The notes under the pieces are model-generated. The model ran no database searches. It was not told where the DNA came from and worked only from the letters and a program-made list of their open reading frames with translations. Positions 29,267-39,982 of a DNA stretch of 64,000 nucleotides are shown here, piece after piece. Numbering within the stretch: the first letter of the stretch is position 1; each line of letters begins with the position of its first letter. The stretch lies in assembly GCA_963736115.1 (NCBI GenBank), contig CAVTNR010000027.1, positions 128,098 through 192,097 on the forward strand. The letters run 5' to 3'. Source of the stretch: an uncultured bacterium. Its GTDB lineage: Bacteria > Zhuqueibacterota > QNDG01 > DTFT01. The translations under genes and the position numbers were made by a program.

Positions 29267-30567
29267 GTTCTGGCTCCCTGCGGGTTTGCGCCCTCTCCCG
29301 GGCGCGGGGCCGGCAATGCCGGGTGAACGTCCTTGCCGCCAGCCGGGTTTCCCGGGGACGGGCGGCAGTCGCCGATGCGGCGCAGCACCACCAGCGAAGC
29401 GTCGTCCTCCCAGTTCTCCCGGAGTCCGAAGTCGAGAACCGCATCGTAGACGGCCGAGACGATTTCCTTCGGGCTCCTGGACCAGTTGTCCAGAACAACG
29501 GCTTTCAGCCGCTCAATGCCGAAAAGTTCATCCTTGTCGTTCTTCCGCTCAATCAGTCCGTCGCTGTAGAGCACGAGCAGGGAATCGGGCTCGAGCTGAA
29601 CATAGGCCTGCTGAAGCGTCAGGTCCTCGAAAAAGCCGAGCGCGATTCCCGTGGTTTCCAGGTCGGTCACGCGTCCGCCGCAAACGACAAAGGGCGGCGG
29701 ATGCCCGGCGTTGGCGTACACCAGATGGCCGTCCTCGGACAGCTCGCCGATGAAAATCGACACGAAGTTCGTCGAGTACATGGCGCCCTGTATGACACGG
29801 TTGAGTTTTTTCAGCGTGTGGATCAGCCGCATGTCCATGGATACGCCCATGCGCAGGCCGATCACCACGTCGCGCACGAGCAGCGCCGCCGGAAGGCCGT
29901 GTCCGCTCGCGTCGCCGATGGCCAGCATGAACGTGCCGTCTCCCGGCTGGATGTATTCGTAGAAGTCGCCGCCGACGATCACCGCGGCCTGCGACCGCTC
30001 GGCGATCTGATACCCCCGGACCCGGGGCGCGGTTCGCGGCAGGAGGCTCCGTTGAATCTGGGCGACGCGCTCCAGCTCCGTGTTGATCAGATCCGTATAG
30101 AGCCGGTGGTTGAGCGCCGTCCTCACCGCATTGAGGAAAAGCGTGATTTCCTCGCGTATCCATCCGTCCTTCAGCTCGAAGGCGACGATCCACTGGCCGT
30201 CCGGGCTGGACACGGAAATGGCGCAGAGTATGGCGTAATGGTTTTTCGGTTTTTCCCCGAATTCGCGGAACAGCACGGGGTCGTCGTAGATGAAGCTCCC
30301 GTGTTTCAGCAGTTCGCGCACGGCATCCGATTCAGCCGGAACCCGGTCCTTCACCGCGAATCCTCTGCCCGAACTGCCGGAGTAGAGCCGCACATAGGTG
30401 TCTCCCCTCAGTTCGAACCGGTGACTCCGTGCGATGCCCAGCGCGCCGCCGAACTTCTGCTCCAGTCCCTCGAGAATGACTTGGAAATACCGGTCGCCGG
30501 ATTCGGCCTTTCCGATCTGCGAGAGAACCGAGTCCAGTTCGCGGTAAAACAGTTTGGGTTCAATCAT
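29263..30567 (-). CDS. PP2C/SpoIIE (RsbU-like) protein phosphatase
   Basis: IQRSLLP, VGGDFYE, GDASGHGLPAAL, NAGHPPP, YSDGLIE, EDDAS. Confidence 0.9.
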   Translation of the reverse strand: MIEPKLFYRELDSVLSQIGKAESGDRYFQVILEGLEQKFGGALGIARSHRFELRGDTYVRLYSGSSGRGFAVKDRVPAESDAVRELLKHGSFIYDDPVLFREFGEKPKNHYAILCAISVSSPDGQWIVAFELKDGWIREEITLFLNAVRTALNHRLYTDLINTELERVAQIQRSLLPRTAPRVRGYQIAERSQAAVIVGGDFYEYIQPGDGTFMLAIGDASGHGLPAALLVRDVVIGLRMGVSMDMRLIHTLKKLNRVIQGAMYSTNFVSIFIGELSEDGHLVYANAGHPPPFVVCGGRVTDLETTGIALGFFEDLTLQQAYVQLEPDSLLVLYSDGLIERKNDKDELFGIERLKAVVLDNWSRSPKEIVSAVYDAVLDFGLRENWEDDASLVVLRRIGDCRPSPGNPAGGKDVHPALPAPRPGEGANPQGART

Positions 30568-30880
30568 GAATTTCCCGGTTTTTTAGTACAATGGAATATT
30601 TCCAAGGTAATTTGCGTGAAATTTGAATAAAAAGCAAAGCATTTCCTGAGGGATGAAGAATTTTCTTGACTTTTAAGGTTAAAATTTGCATATAAATGGC
30701 GTATGTGCAGCTCCGGCTTTCCGGCAGGCCGATTCAGAGGCAGGCCGGCGGTTTGAGAACCGTTCACCCGGCATCACCCTGAAAGGAGGCAAAGGGAAAA
30801 GGAGAGGAGCATGGCCGCCTGTTTCAGGGCGGAACCAAGCACTGCAGCCATTCATCACCCCATTTTTGAAGGAGAAAACC

Positions 30881-31537
30881 ATGCGTCATACAAGAACGAT
30901 TCTTCTGGCTGTTCTCGGCCTCGCGCTTGTCGCATCTTGCGCCTATGCGCAGAGAACCCCGGGCACCTACTCCATCGGCGCTTTCGGCGGCGTGGCCATG
31001 CCCCAGGGCCCCGAGGAATTCAAGGATTACTTCAAGTCCGGCTACGGATTCGGCGGAGAGGTCAAGTACAATGTCAACCCGAAAATGAGCCTGGCCGGCA
31101 GTTTCTCCATGATCACCTTCGGAATCAAGGAAGACGCTTTCGGTGATGATATCGGCATAGAAGACGCCAAGGTGACGATTGAAGGCGGCGGCATCAAAGT
31201 CAACGCCATCCAGGCCAATGTGCTGTATTATCTCATGCCTGCGGGATCCGCGACCGAGCTGTACGCCATCGGCGGCGCCGGTTATTATATGCAGAAAATG
31301 GAGAGCCCGGATAAAGTCGAGGTCGAGGTTGAAGGCGAAACCTACGACCTGACGGACATGTTCGACATGGGCGAGGAAGACGGCGAGAACGACATCGGTG
31401 TCCAGTTCGGCCTGGGCATGGACCTGCCCCTCGGATCCATGAATCTTTTCTTCGAGGGCAAGTACCACATCGTATTCACCGAAGACGAGAGCACCAAGCT
31501 TCTCACTGTCATGGCCGGTCTCCGTTTCCCGCTGTAA
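30881..31537 (+). CDS. Outer-membrane beta-barrel protein (OmpA-like transmembrane domain)
   Basis: ATG 30881 after AAGGAG; signal peptide; FFEGKYH..AGLRFPL. Confidence 0.8.
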   Translation: MRHTRTILLAVLGLALVASCAYAQRTPGTYSIGAFGGVAMPQGPEEFKDYFKSGYGFGGEVKYNVNPKMSLAGSFSMITFGIKEDAFGDDIGIEDAKVTIEGGGIKVNAIQANVLYYLMPAGSATELYAIGGAGYYMQKMESPDKVEVEVEGETYDLTDMFDMGEEDGENDIGVQFGLGMDLPLGSMNLFFEGKYHIVFTEDESTKLLTVMAGLRFPL

Positions 31538-31567
31538 ATTCCGGTCTCCGGACTATCATTTTAGTAA

Positions 31568-31601
31568 CAGGAAAAGCCCCGGTCCATCGGGGCTTTTCCT
31601 G
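31568..31601 (+). terminator. Rho-independent terminator
   Basis: CAGGAAAAGCCCCG..CGGGGCTTTTCCTG followed by a T-tract. Confidence 0.75.
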
Positions 31602-31627
31602 GTTTTTTTTAAGACCGAGGAATCGAC

Positions 31628-32302
31628 ATGAAACGCATCCGAATGACTGCCGTTCTGCTCTCCCTGGCGTTTTTACTCCACCCCGCATTGGCGGCCGGCC
31701 AGGCCTACTTTCTCGGCATATCGGCCGGTTCCGCCAAGCCGCTCGATCCGCCCTATGCCAGGACCTACCTGAAACCTTCCTTCGGGCCGGGCTTCCACCT
31801 GCTGATGCGCGTCAGCAGCCGCATTGGCTGCAACTTCGATTTCTGTTTTTACGATTTCGGCCTGGAGTCCAGGCGTTTCGTGGACGATAAAGGCGGAAAC
31901 GCCTCCTCCGCCAGCGGTTCCCTGAATCTCGACGTTGTGTCCATGTCGCTTGTCGGATTCGCGAATTCCATGGAAAATCCCGTGTCGGTTTATGCGACCG
32001 GGGGAATGGGATATTACCGGCTGAACCCCAAAGACACCTGGCTGATTTCCAGTTGGACGGATGACGAGGGCCGGGCGCAACGGGACACGTCCCTGATCGA
32101 TCTGGGCGGAATGCGCAACCGTTTCGCCTTGAACGCGGGTGTGGGCGCCAATTTCCGGCTGTTCGAGCGCTTCAGTTTTTTCGTGGAATACCGGTATCAT
32201 TGGATTTTTCTGAGATCACACAGGCATCCGATGACAGGCGAAACCGTTCGCGATGCCATGATCCTATCCGCTCCACTGGCTGGAATCCGAATGGCTTATT
32301 AA
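31628..32302 (+). CDS. Outer-membrane beta-barrel protein
   Basis: Signal peptide; YATGGMGYY, LNAGVG, FFVEYRYH; terminal Y. Confidence 0.7.
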   Translation: MKRIRMTAVLLSLAFLLHPALAAGQAYFLGISAGSAKPLDPPYARTYLKPSFGPGFHLLMRVSSRIGCNFDFCFYDFGLESRRFVDDKGGNASSASGSLNLDVVSMSLVGFANSMENPVSVYATGGMGYYRLNPKDTWLISSWTDDEGRAQRDTSLIDLGGMRNRFALNAGVGANFRLFERFSFFVEYRYHWIFLRSHRHPMTGETVRDAMILSAPLAGIRMAY

Positions 32303-32390
32303 TTGCCAGGCACCTTTGAGATCGCTGGCAATTAGATTGCTATTTACTTGTATCGTATAACGTGCCAGGCGCCTCATAGGTGTCTGGCAA
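32301..32390. repeat. Two REP-like palindromes TGCCAG..CTGGCA
   Basis: AATTGCCAGGCACC..CTGGCAATT and TGCCAGGCGCCT..AGGTGTCTGGCA. Confidence 0.5.
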
Positions 32391-32574
32391 ATTTTATTGG
32401 CACTTAAATTAACCGTTTACTGAAACCCTAATCCCCCATAAAAACCGCGATTTTTTCCATAAAAGATCTCAGAATTAACTTGCAAATAAAAACATAAACT
32501 CTTATTATTGGTGTAATGTGCCTGAACAGGTGGCATTGCATCAGGATTTCCCCCCATACACAATGGAGACCCGC

Positions 32575-34365
32575 ATGACCGAGCCAGTCCAGCGTCTCCG
32601 AGGATCCCTGCCCAGAATCGGCATACGGCCGGTCATTGACGGCCGCCGGAGGGGCATTCGCGAATCCCTGGAAGGCCAGACCATGGCCATGGCTCGATCA
32701 GCGGCTGATCTCCTGACCCGCAGTCTGCGGCACCCCTGCGGCCTCCCGGTGGAATGCGTGATTGCGAAAACATGCATCGGCGGCGCGGCCGAAGCCGCGG
32801 AAACGGCGGATCTGTTCCGGAGGCAGAACGTCGGCGTGTCCCTGACTGTCACACCCTGCTGGTGCTACGGCACCGAGGTCATGGACACGGATCCGCTCCT
32901 GCCCAAGGCGGTCTGGGGGTTCAACGGAACGGAGAGGCCGGGCGCCGTGTATCTCGCGGCCGCGCTCGCAGGCTACTCGCAGAAGGGATTACCCGCTTTC
33001 GGCCTTTACGGACGCCATGTTCAGGACAGGAACGATGTTTCCATACCGGACGACGTGAAGCAGGGTCTTCTACGTTTCGCCAAGGCCGGACTCGCGGTCG
33101 CGGAAATGCGGGGCAAGTCTTACCTGGCTCTCGGCGGCGTTTCCATGGGCATCGCCGGGTCGATCGTGGATGAAGATTTTTTCCAGGACTGGCTCGGCAT
33201 GCGGAACGTCAGCATCGACATGTCCGAACTCATCCGGAGAATGGACGAAGGCATATTTGACGAGGAGGAGTTCCGCCTCGCCATGCGGTGGGTCAAGACG
33301 AACTGCCGGGAGGGACGCGATCCGAATCCTCCCAAAGTCCAGCATCCCCGCGGCCGGAAAAACCGGGAATGGGAAATCGCGATCAAAATGACCCTGATCG
33401 CCCGGGACCTGATGATCGGCAATCCCCGTCTCGGCGATCAGGAGCACGGCGAGGAAGCCCTCGGCCACAACGCACTGCTGGCGGGTTTTCAGGGCCAACG
33501 CCAATGGACGGACCATTTTCCCAACGGCGATTTCATGGAAGCGGTGCTGAACTCGTCATTCGACTGGAACGGCCGGAGGGAGCCGTTTCTGATGGCCACT
33601 GAAAACGACAGTCTGAACGGCGCCGCGATGCTGTTCGGACACTTGCTCACGGACACGGCCCAGGTGTTCGCGGACGTGCGGACGCACTGGAGCCCGGAAT
33701 CCATACGCCGTGTGACCGGCAGAAAACCGTCCGGCCGGGCGGCGGGAGGTCTCATCCACCTCATTAATTCGGGCTCCGCGGCGCTCGACGGATCGGGCCG
33801 CCAGCGCCTGAAAAGCCGGCCCGCGATCAAGCCGTTCTGGGAGATCTCGGACGCCGAAGTCGATGCCTGCCTCCGCGCGGTGAAGTGGTGCCCGGCCAAT
33901 ACCGGCTATTTCCGCGGCGGCGGCTTCTCGTCCCAGTTCACGACCGCGGGAGACATGCCCGTCACCCTGTCGCGCATCAATCTCGTCAAGGGCCTCGGGC
34001 CCGCACTGCAGATCGCGGAGGGCATGACCGTCTCCCTGCCGCCGGACATGCACCGGAAGCTCGACGAGCGGACCGACCCCACGTGGCCGACCACATGGTT
34101 CGCGCCGATTTGCGCGGGTTCCGGCGCATTCCGCGACGCGTATTCGGTCATGTCGCACTGGGGCGCCAATCACGGGTCGCTCTGTTACGGGCACGTCGGC
34201 GACCGGCTTCTCGCGCTCGCCGCCATGCTCCGCATTCCGGTATCGCTCCACAACGTCTCCCCGGAACGGATCCAGCGTCCCTCCGCCTGGGCCGCTTTCG
34301 GCGCGGATGACCCGCAGGGCGCGGATTTCCGCGCCTGCCGTAATTTCGGACCCTTGTACGGATGA
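32575..34365 (+). CDS. fucI: L-fucose isomerase
   Basis: [64 protein letters not shown]. Confidence 0.95.
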   Translation: MTEPVQRLRGSLPRIGIRPVIDGRRRGIRESLEGQTMAMARSAADLLTRSLRHPCGLPVECVIAKTCIGGAAEAAETADLFRRQNVGVSLTVTPCWCYGTEVMDTDPLLPKAVWGFNGTERPGAVYLAAALAGYSQKGLPAFGLYGRHVQDRNDVSIPDDVKQGLLRFAKAGLAVAEMRGKSYLALGGVSMGIAGSIVDEDFFQDWLGMRNVSIDMSELIRRMDEGIFDEEEFRLAMRWVKTNCREGRDPNPPKVQHPRGRKNREWEIAIKMTLIARDLMIGNPRLGDQEHGEEALGHNALLAGFQGQRQWTDHFPNGDFMEAVLNSSFDWNGRREPFLMATENDSLNGAAMLFGHLLTDTAQVFADVRTHWSPESIRRVTGRKPSGRAAGGLIHLINSGSAALDGSGRQRLKSRPAIKPFWEISDAEVDACLRAVKWCPANTGYFRGGGFSSQFTTAGDMPVTLSRINLVKGLGPALQIAEGMTVSLPPDMHRKLDERTDPTWPTTWFAPICAGSGAFRDAYSVMSHWGANHGSLCYGHVGDRLLALAAMLRIPVSLHNVSPERIQRPSAWAAFGADDPQGADFRACRNFGPLYG

Positions 34366-34375
34366 GGAAAACAGG

Positions 34376-36172
34376 ATGAAAACGAACCGACTTCTGTTGT
34401 CCGCTCTGATCGTTCTCGCGTCCGTGGGCTCCGCCTCGGCCGCGGAGGCCCCCTCCCGACTGCTGACCCTTGACCCCGTGGACCTGGCCGTGATCATCCT
34501 GTATTTCGCGGCCGTGCTCGGCATCGGGTTCTACCTGAAGAAATTCACGGCTACGGGAGAGGATTTCTTCATGGCCGGCCGGAAGATGACGGCGTGGATC
34601 GCGGGTTTGAGCTTCATCTCCGCCAACCTGAGCTCGCTCGAAACCATGGGATGGTCCGCCATGGCCTACCAGTACGGCATGCTGGGGGCCCACGCCTATC
34701 TCATCGGCGCCATACCGGCCATCCTCTTTCTCGCTGTTTTCATGATGCCGTTCTATTACATCTGCAGAACGCACTCGGTGCCCGGCTATCTCAAACTGCG
34801 TTTCGGCGAGGCCAGCCGGTCCCTCGCGGGCATTTCCTTCACGGTGATGACCATCCTGGTGTGCGGCGTGAACATGTTCGCCATGGCCAAGGTGATGCAG
34901 CTGATCCTGGGCTGGAACATCCATTTCAGCATCTGGGTTTCTTCGATCACCGTGGCCGTGTACGTCTCGCTCGGGGGACTGCTGTCGGCCGTGTTCAACG
35001 AGGTGCTCCAGTTCTTCCTGATCTGGCTGGGAATCCTGCTGATCCCCATTCTGGGAATCATCGAAGCGGGGGGCTGGACCAACATGATCGCCGCGATCAA
35101 CGCGGCCAATCCCGGCCAGAACTTCACCAGCCTCTGGTCCAATCTCGGATCTCCGGCGGACAATCCCATCGGCCTGCACTGGACCGGAATGGTCTTCGGC
35201 CTGGGTCTCGCCATCTCCTTCGGATACTGGTGCACCGATTTTCTCCAGGTGCAGCGCGTCATGGCCGCGAAAAACCTACGGGCGGCGCAGAACGGGACCG
35301 TCATCGGCGCGGTGCTGAAAATGGCCGTACCGATCATTGTCACCATCCCGGGCCTGCTGGGACTCGCGGTTCTCACCCAGAAAGCGGGAATCACCCTGGT
35401 GCCCGAAAGCGTGGCTCAGGCCACCGGCGGCCACAGCTACAATGAGGTCCTGCCTCTGATGATGTCCCGCTACCTCGGTCCCGGCCTGCTGGGGCTGGGC
35501 ATCACCGCGATGATCGCAGGGTTCATGTCGGGCATGGCGGGCAATGTCAGCGCGTTCGCCACGGTGTGGACGTACGACGTCTACCAGCCCCTGATCCGAA
35601 AAAACGCCCCGGACCGCCATTACGTGAGCATGGGCCGCTGGTGTTCCGTCATCGGCGTGTTCATTGCCATCGGCACGGCCTACGCGGCCATGTGGTTCAG
35701 CAACATTCTCGTCTATCTGCAGGTGCTCGTGGGTTTTTTCATCGTTCCGTTGTTCGGCGTCGTCATTCTGGGCATGACGTGGAAACGGGCCACGCCCGCG
35801 GCCGGCTTCTGGGGTTTCCTCGCGGGCATTCTCGCGGCCGTCGGGCAGTGGATTTACATCCACCTGCATTCCGGCGGATTCGACCCGGTCCTTCTGAACC
35901 CCGCGCACGTGGAGCAAATCGCTTTCACGCCCCTGGCCATGGACTTCGCGGTAAATCTGTACAGTTCGTTGTGGTCGCTTCTGTTCTGCATGGCCGTCAC
36001 GGTCTTGGTAAGCATGTTTACCCGGCCCAAGCCCGTATCCGAGCTCAAGAACCTGGTGATGGGACTGACGCGCCTTCCGGACGAAGGGCCCTGCCCCTGG
36101 TACCGAAAGCCGGGCTTCTGGGCCGCGGTCGTGCTCGCCGTGCTGATCGGCGTGAACATCCTGTTCTGGTAA
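34376..36172 (+). CDS. Sodium:solute symporter
   Basis: DFFMAGR, SANL, GYWCTDFLQVQR, multiple TM helices. Confidence 0.92.
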   Translation: MKTNRLLLSALIVLASVGSASAAEAPSRLLTLDPVDLAVIILYFAAVLGIGFYLKKFTATGEDFFMAGRKMTAWIAGLSFISANLSSLETMGWSAMAYQYGMLGAHAYLIGAIPAILFLAVFMMPFYYICRTHSVPGYLKLRFGEASRSLAGISFTVMTILVCGVNMFAMAKVMQLILGWNIHFSIWVSSITVAVYVSLGGLLSAVFNEVLQFFLIWLGILLIPILGIIEAGGWTNMIAAINAANPGQNFTSLWSNLGSPADNPIGLHWTGMVFGLGLAISFGYWCTDFLQVQRVMAAKNLRAAQNGTVIGAVLKMAVPIIVTIPGLLGLAVLTQKAGITLVPESVAQATGGHSYNEVLPLMMSRYLGPGLLGLGITAMIAGFMSGMAGNVSAFATVWTYDVYQPLIRKNAPDRHYVSMGRWCSVIGVFIAIGTAYAAMWFSNILVYLQVLVGFFIVPLFGVVILGMTWKRATPAAGFWGFLAGILAAVGQWIYIHLHSGGFDPVLLNPAHVEQIAFTPLAMDFAVNLYSSLWSLLFCMAVTVLVSMFTRPKPVSELKNLVMGLTRLPDEGPCPWYRKPGFWAAVVLAVLIGVNILFW

Positions 36173-36187
36173 ATCAGGAGGGATCGT

Positions 36188-36427
36188 ATGTCCGGACCGA
36201 GTCAGGTTCCCATCTGGTTCTTCATCGGCGTCCTTCTGTCCGTGTACGGCGTGCTGATTTTCATTTCCGGCGTCTTCCGGTGGATCCATCCGCCTGCCGT
36301 GCTGACGGTCATGGAGCATCTGCATCCGGCTGTATGGTGGGGGCTTCTGCTGTCGGTCATCGGGGGGTTCTACACGCGCCGATACTGGCCTGGACGCAGC
36401 AGTTCGGGAACGAAAAGAAAACCGTAG
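36188..36427 (+). CDS. Small two-TM membrane protein downstream of the SSS transporter
   Basis: AGGAGG SD; IWFFIGVLLSVYGVLI and VWWGLLLSVIGG hydrophobic segments. Confidence 0.65.
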   Translation: MSGPSQVPIWFFIGVLLSVYGVLIFISGVFRWIHPPAVLTVMEHLHPAVWWGLLLSVIGGFYTRRYWPGRSSSGTKRKP

Positions 36428-36513
36428 CTCAGACCGCAGCCCCGTCGAGTCTGTAATTGGTGATAAAGAAGAGGCTCCGGGAGGTTTTAGACCTTCAGGA
36501 GCACCCTCGATCA

Positions 36514-36558
36514 CAAAAAAAAGACGGGAACCTTCTATCAGAAGGTACCCGTCTTTTT
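36514..36558. terminator. Bidirectional terminator
   Basis: AAAAAGACGGG.ACCTTCT..AGAAGGT.CCCGTCTTTTT between convergent genes. Confidence 0.7.
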
Positions 36559-36604
36559 CATCGTTGATCCCTGTGTGTCACGACTCCGGATCGTTCGACT
36601 CCGT

Positions 36605-37762
36605 CTAGCGTCCACCGAGCAGAATGCGGATCAACGCGGAATCCCGCTCGAGCGATTTCAGAGACGCGGAATCCCACCGGTATATACCGAAATCCCCCTT
36701 GTACTCCCAGTTGCACCAGGCCACACCGTTCTCCTCGAATGCCGCGACCTGGTCCTCGTAAAATTTCAGCCTCTGTTCCCTGTCCACTGTCGGCATACAT
36801 CCGAATTCGCCGCAATACAGCTGGAGCCCCTTCTCCCGGCTGAAAGCCAGGCCGTCGCGGAACACGCCGACCAGCCGGTTCCGATCCCAGGATTCCCGGG
36901 CGTCCGAAAGCGGATTCTTCACGTTCTCGTCCGACGGAGCGACAAATTTTTCCCAGTCGGCGTCTGAAATGATCACGCCGGGATACCGGACGTTTCCGGC
37001 ATAGCTCCTGAAGGAGGTCCAGTCGGCCCTGTAATGCGTGAATGCCAGCGGCGAGTACGTATGAAAGCTCAGAATAATGTTCCGGTCCCCTTCCGGCAGG
37101 CGGAGATGCCGCAGGTTGGGCGCGATCTGCCACATGTTCGGGCCGATGACCAGCACGCGGTCCGGCTCGCGGCTCCGTATCGCGTCGACGGCCTTGTTCA
37201 GGAGCTTGTTCCAATCCTCATGCTCAGGAGCCACGGCTTCGTTCAGGAGTTCGTAGGCGACCCGGTTGACGGGCCATAACCGCAGGGAGTCGGACAGCGC
37301 CGTCCAGAGACCGACGAAATGGTTCTGCGCGGTCGAATCGGACCACAGGACGTTACTGCCTCCTTCATTGGCCGCGTTGAAATGGTGGGACCGCAGGATG
37401 TGCAGGTCCACGATCGCGGAAAGACCGGCCGCTTCGCACCAGCCGAGGCAGTCGGAGAGGTTCCGGAAAGCTTCCGAAACCGGTTTCCCGCTCTCGTCCC
37501 ACATCTCCATCTCATCGATCGGGATGCGGACATGGTCATACCCGATGTCGCTTATGAAACGGATATCCGTCTCCCGGACCGATGCATATTTGGGTGTCCA
37601 TCCGAAATCCTGGGACAGCCAGTGGCTCAGGTTGACCCCGCGCCGAATGCTGAATCCCGAAGGATTGAGGGGTGACTCAGGCGCTTTCCCGCCGCAAACC
37701 GCGGGGATCAGTGCGATCAGGGCCGCCGCGGCCGTGCCTGTAACGCGTTTTGAAAAATTCAT
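36605..37762 (-). CDS. Glycoside hydrolase family 5
   Basis: RGVNLSHWLSQ, DHVRIP, DLH, ELLNEA (acid/base), FHTY, CGEFG (nucleophile). Confidence 0.92.
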   Translation of the reverse strand: MNFSKRVTGTAAAALIALIPAVCGGKAPESPLNPSGFSIRRGVNLSHWLSQDFGWTPKYASVRETDIRFISDIGYDHVRIPIDEMEMWDESGKPVSEAFRNLSDCLGWCEAAGLSAIVDLHILRSHHFNAANEGGSNVLWSDSTAQNHFVGLWTALSDSLRLWPVNRVAYELLNEAVAPEHEDWNKLLNKAVDAIRSREPDRVLVIGPNMWQIAPNLRHLRLPEGDRNIILSFHTYSPLAFTHYRADWTSFRSYAGNVRYPGVIISDADWEKFVAPSDENVKNPLSDARESWDRNRLVGVFRDGLAFSREKGLQLYCGEFGCMPTVDREQRLKFYEDQVAAFEENGVAWCNWEYKGDFGIYRWDSASLKSLERDSALIRILLGGR

Positions 37763-37795
37763 GAGGCGTGCTCCTTCCAGAATGATGATAGACTC

Positions 37796-39475
37796 TTATT
37801 CCCGACTCACAGCCGCGGCCGACGCTCCCCCGTCTGTCGTAATGACCGGGTCCGTTCCCTTGAAAACAACTTCCTTCAGACGGATGCCCTCCGACTTCCC
37901 GCCCGTGACCCGTAAAAAAACACCCCGGTCCGCCGGATAGGATCCGCCGCTCACCGTGACGTCCCGGCTCTGAATGACATGCAGAACCGGGCCGGTGTCC
38001 GGCTCGATCCGGCATGATTTCAGGAGCACGCCGTCTGCGTCCGCAATGGTCGCGCCCCGCCTGGACAGCACGGTCACGTTCTCCAATTGCATGTTCCGGA
38101 TCGGCATTTCCGGAAGCCCGTTGAGAACCAGGGCCCGGTCCGCTCCGTTGCAGAAGATGTCGCGCACGGAAAAATCCTGATACCGCGGCGTCAGACCGGT
38201 GAGGGGTTGGGCTTCCCGCACAGTCAGGTCCTTGGCCGCTTCCGCATCCGGCGCGCCGCCCGAATAGACCATATCGAACAGGATGGCGTCTGTCCGTATC
38301 CCGCGCATCCGGATATTCTCGAAATAAACCTTCTCCACCAGCCCGCCCCGTCCACGGGCGGACTTGAAACGAAGCCCCACGTCCGTTCCCATGAACACGC
38401 AGTTCCGAACCAGGACGTTGCGCACACCGCCGTAGCTCTCACTGCCGATGACGAAACCGCCGTGCGCCTTGTAGACCGTGCATCCGTCCACCACAATGTT
38501 GGCGCAGGCCGGACCCGGCGGCTGGGAATCGGACACGCCTGCCGGCTTGAGGCATATGCCGTCATCGCCCGTGTCCACGGTGCAGTCGAGTATGGCCACG
38601 TTCCTGCAGGACCGGGGATCAATGCCGTCGGTGTTCTGGCCGTACTCGGGAGAGAAGACCGTGACGTTCCAAATGACGACGTTTTCGCATTGGGAGGGGA
38701 CAAGGTGGAATTTCGGTGAATTCTGGAAGGTCGGGCCCTTGATCCAGACATTTTCACATTCCTCGAACTGGAGCAGATTCGGGCGGAGAAATTCCCGCGT
38801 TTTCGCGCACTCCTCCAGGGTCGGTTCCCTGCCGGAACGGCGTATGGCCTCGAGGGTTGCGGCGCCTTCCATGGCCTCGCGGGAAGGCCACCACTGCTCC
38901 CCATCCGGCGTCACGGCGCCGCCTGAAGAGACCAGTGCCTCCCACTGGTTGTCGGTCATGTCGATTTTTTTGGCGTACCGCCAGACCTCACCCGCGCCGT
39001 CGAAAATACCCTCCCCCGTGATCGCAATATTCCGCGCCCGAAAGGCATGCAGGGGCGGTGTGATGACGAAGCGCCTGGAACGGCCGTCCAGTCCGGCGAT
39101 GAAAGGAAAATCCGAAAGGTTCCGGCTGAATTGGACGACTGCGCCGCGCTCGAGTCGCAGATTCACCCCGCTCTCCAGCCGGATCGGGCCGGTGAGCCAG
39201 GTTCCGGGAGGTACAACAACCGTCCCTCCCCCGGCCCGGCCGCAGGCGGATACAGCCTCGGCGAAAGCCCTTGTGTTCAGGGTCATTCCGTCGCCTTTGG
39301 CCCCGAAATCGGGGATGCCAACCGTGAAATCCGGAAAAACCGGCTCTGTCAGAGCGGGCATGTCGAAAGGCAGGTTCTGAAGGCGGTCCTGAAGCGATGC
39401 CGGATCTCCGGCTTCAGACGCGAGGGCCGGGCAGAAGCAGATGAGGCATGCCAGAAGGAATCGTTTTGTTTTCAT
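37796..39475 (-). CDS. Glycoside hydrolase family 28 (polygalacturonase-like)
   Basis: FGAKGDG, NTDG, GDD, HGG, RFKS. Confidence 0.92.
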   Translation of the reverse strand: MKTKRFLLACLICFCPALASEAGDPASLQDRLQNLPFDMPALTEPVFPDFTVGIPDFGAKGDGMTLNTRAFAEAVSACGRAGGGTVVVPPGTWLTGPIRLESGVNLRLERGAVVQFSRNLSDFPFIAGLDGRSRRFVITPPLHAFRARNIAITGEGIFDGAGEVWRYAKKIDMTDNQWEALVSSGGAVTPDGEQWWPSREAMEGAATLEAIRRSGREPTLEECAKTREFLRPNLLQFEECENVWIKGPTFQNSPKFHLVPSQCENVVIWNVTVFSPEYGQNTDGIDPRSCRNVAILDCTVDTGDDGICLKPAGVSDSQPPGPACANIVVDGCTVYKAHGGFVIGSESYGGVRNVLVRNCVFMGTDVGLRFKSARGRGGLVEKVYFENIRMRGIRTDAILFDMVYSGGAPDAEAAKDLTVREAQPLTGLTPRYQDFSVRDIFCNGADRALVLNGLPEMPIRNMQLENVTVLSRRGATIADADGVLLKSCRIEPDTGPVLHVIQSRDVTVSGGSYPADRGVFLRVTGGKSEGIRLKEVVFKGTDPVITTDGGASAAAVSRE

Positions 39476-39604
39476 GAGCGTCGGCTCCGGTTTAGAGATC
39501 CTGTGCCGCTGATGCCGTCCGTACGGCAGTCATCAGGCAAGGATGCGGCCGGGTCCGTTGTCGCGGAAACCGAATCCGGGACAAAACTGCGGAAACGCCC
39601 AGGA

Positions 39605-39982
39605 TCATTCAATTCCGGCCAGCATGTCCAGAGCTTCCGGCACGGTGCCGCAGGTGTCCAGCGGTCTGCCAAGCCCGCGGCTCACGGCCAGGAGACCCAC
39701 TTCCTTGAGCCCCGTGATGCCCACGACCGCGGTTTTTTTGATATAAGGCGTGTTGACTTTCACGAATTCCTTGAGTGTCTGCAGAACGCCCGCGTCGAAC
39801 ACCGATCCGGTCGCGTCCACCACCGTCAGGACGGAACGGAAAGGCTCTGCCGCGATCATCATCCTCGCCTGCTCGACCAAGCGGTAAAATTCCGGTCCCG
39901 GAGTCAGAGCGGAATAATCCTGAATCAGAATCTTCCTGCCTCTGTGCTCGATGAACCGGACTCTGGTGTTTTCAACGGCCAT
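39605..39982 (-). CDS. STAS/SpoIIAA-like hypothetical protein
   Basis: FIEHRGRKIL..D, KTAVVGITGLK; GGAGG SD. Confidence 0.55.
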   Translation of the reverse strand: MAVENTRVRFIEHRGRKILIQDYSALTPGPEFYRLVEQARMMIAAEPFRSVLTVVDATGSVFDAGVLQTLKEFVKVNTPYIKKTAVVGITGLKEVGLLAVSRGLGRPLDTCGTVPEALDMLAGIE

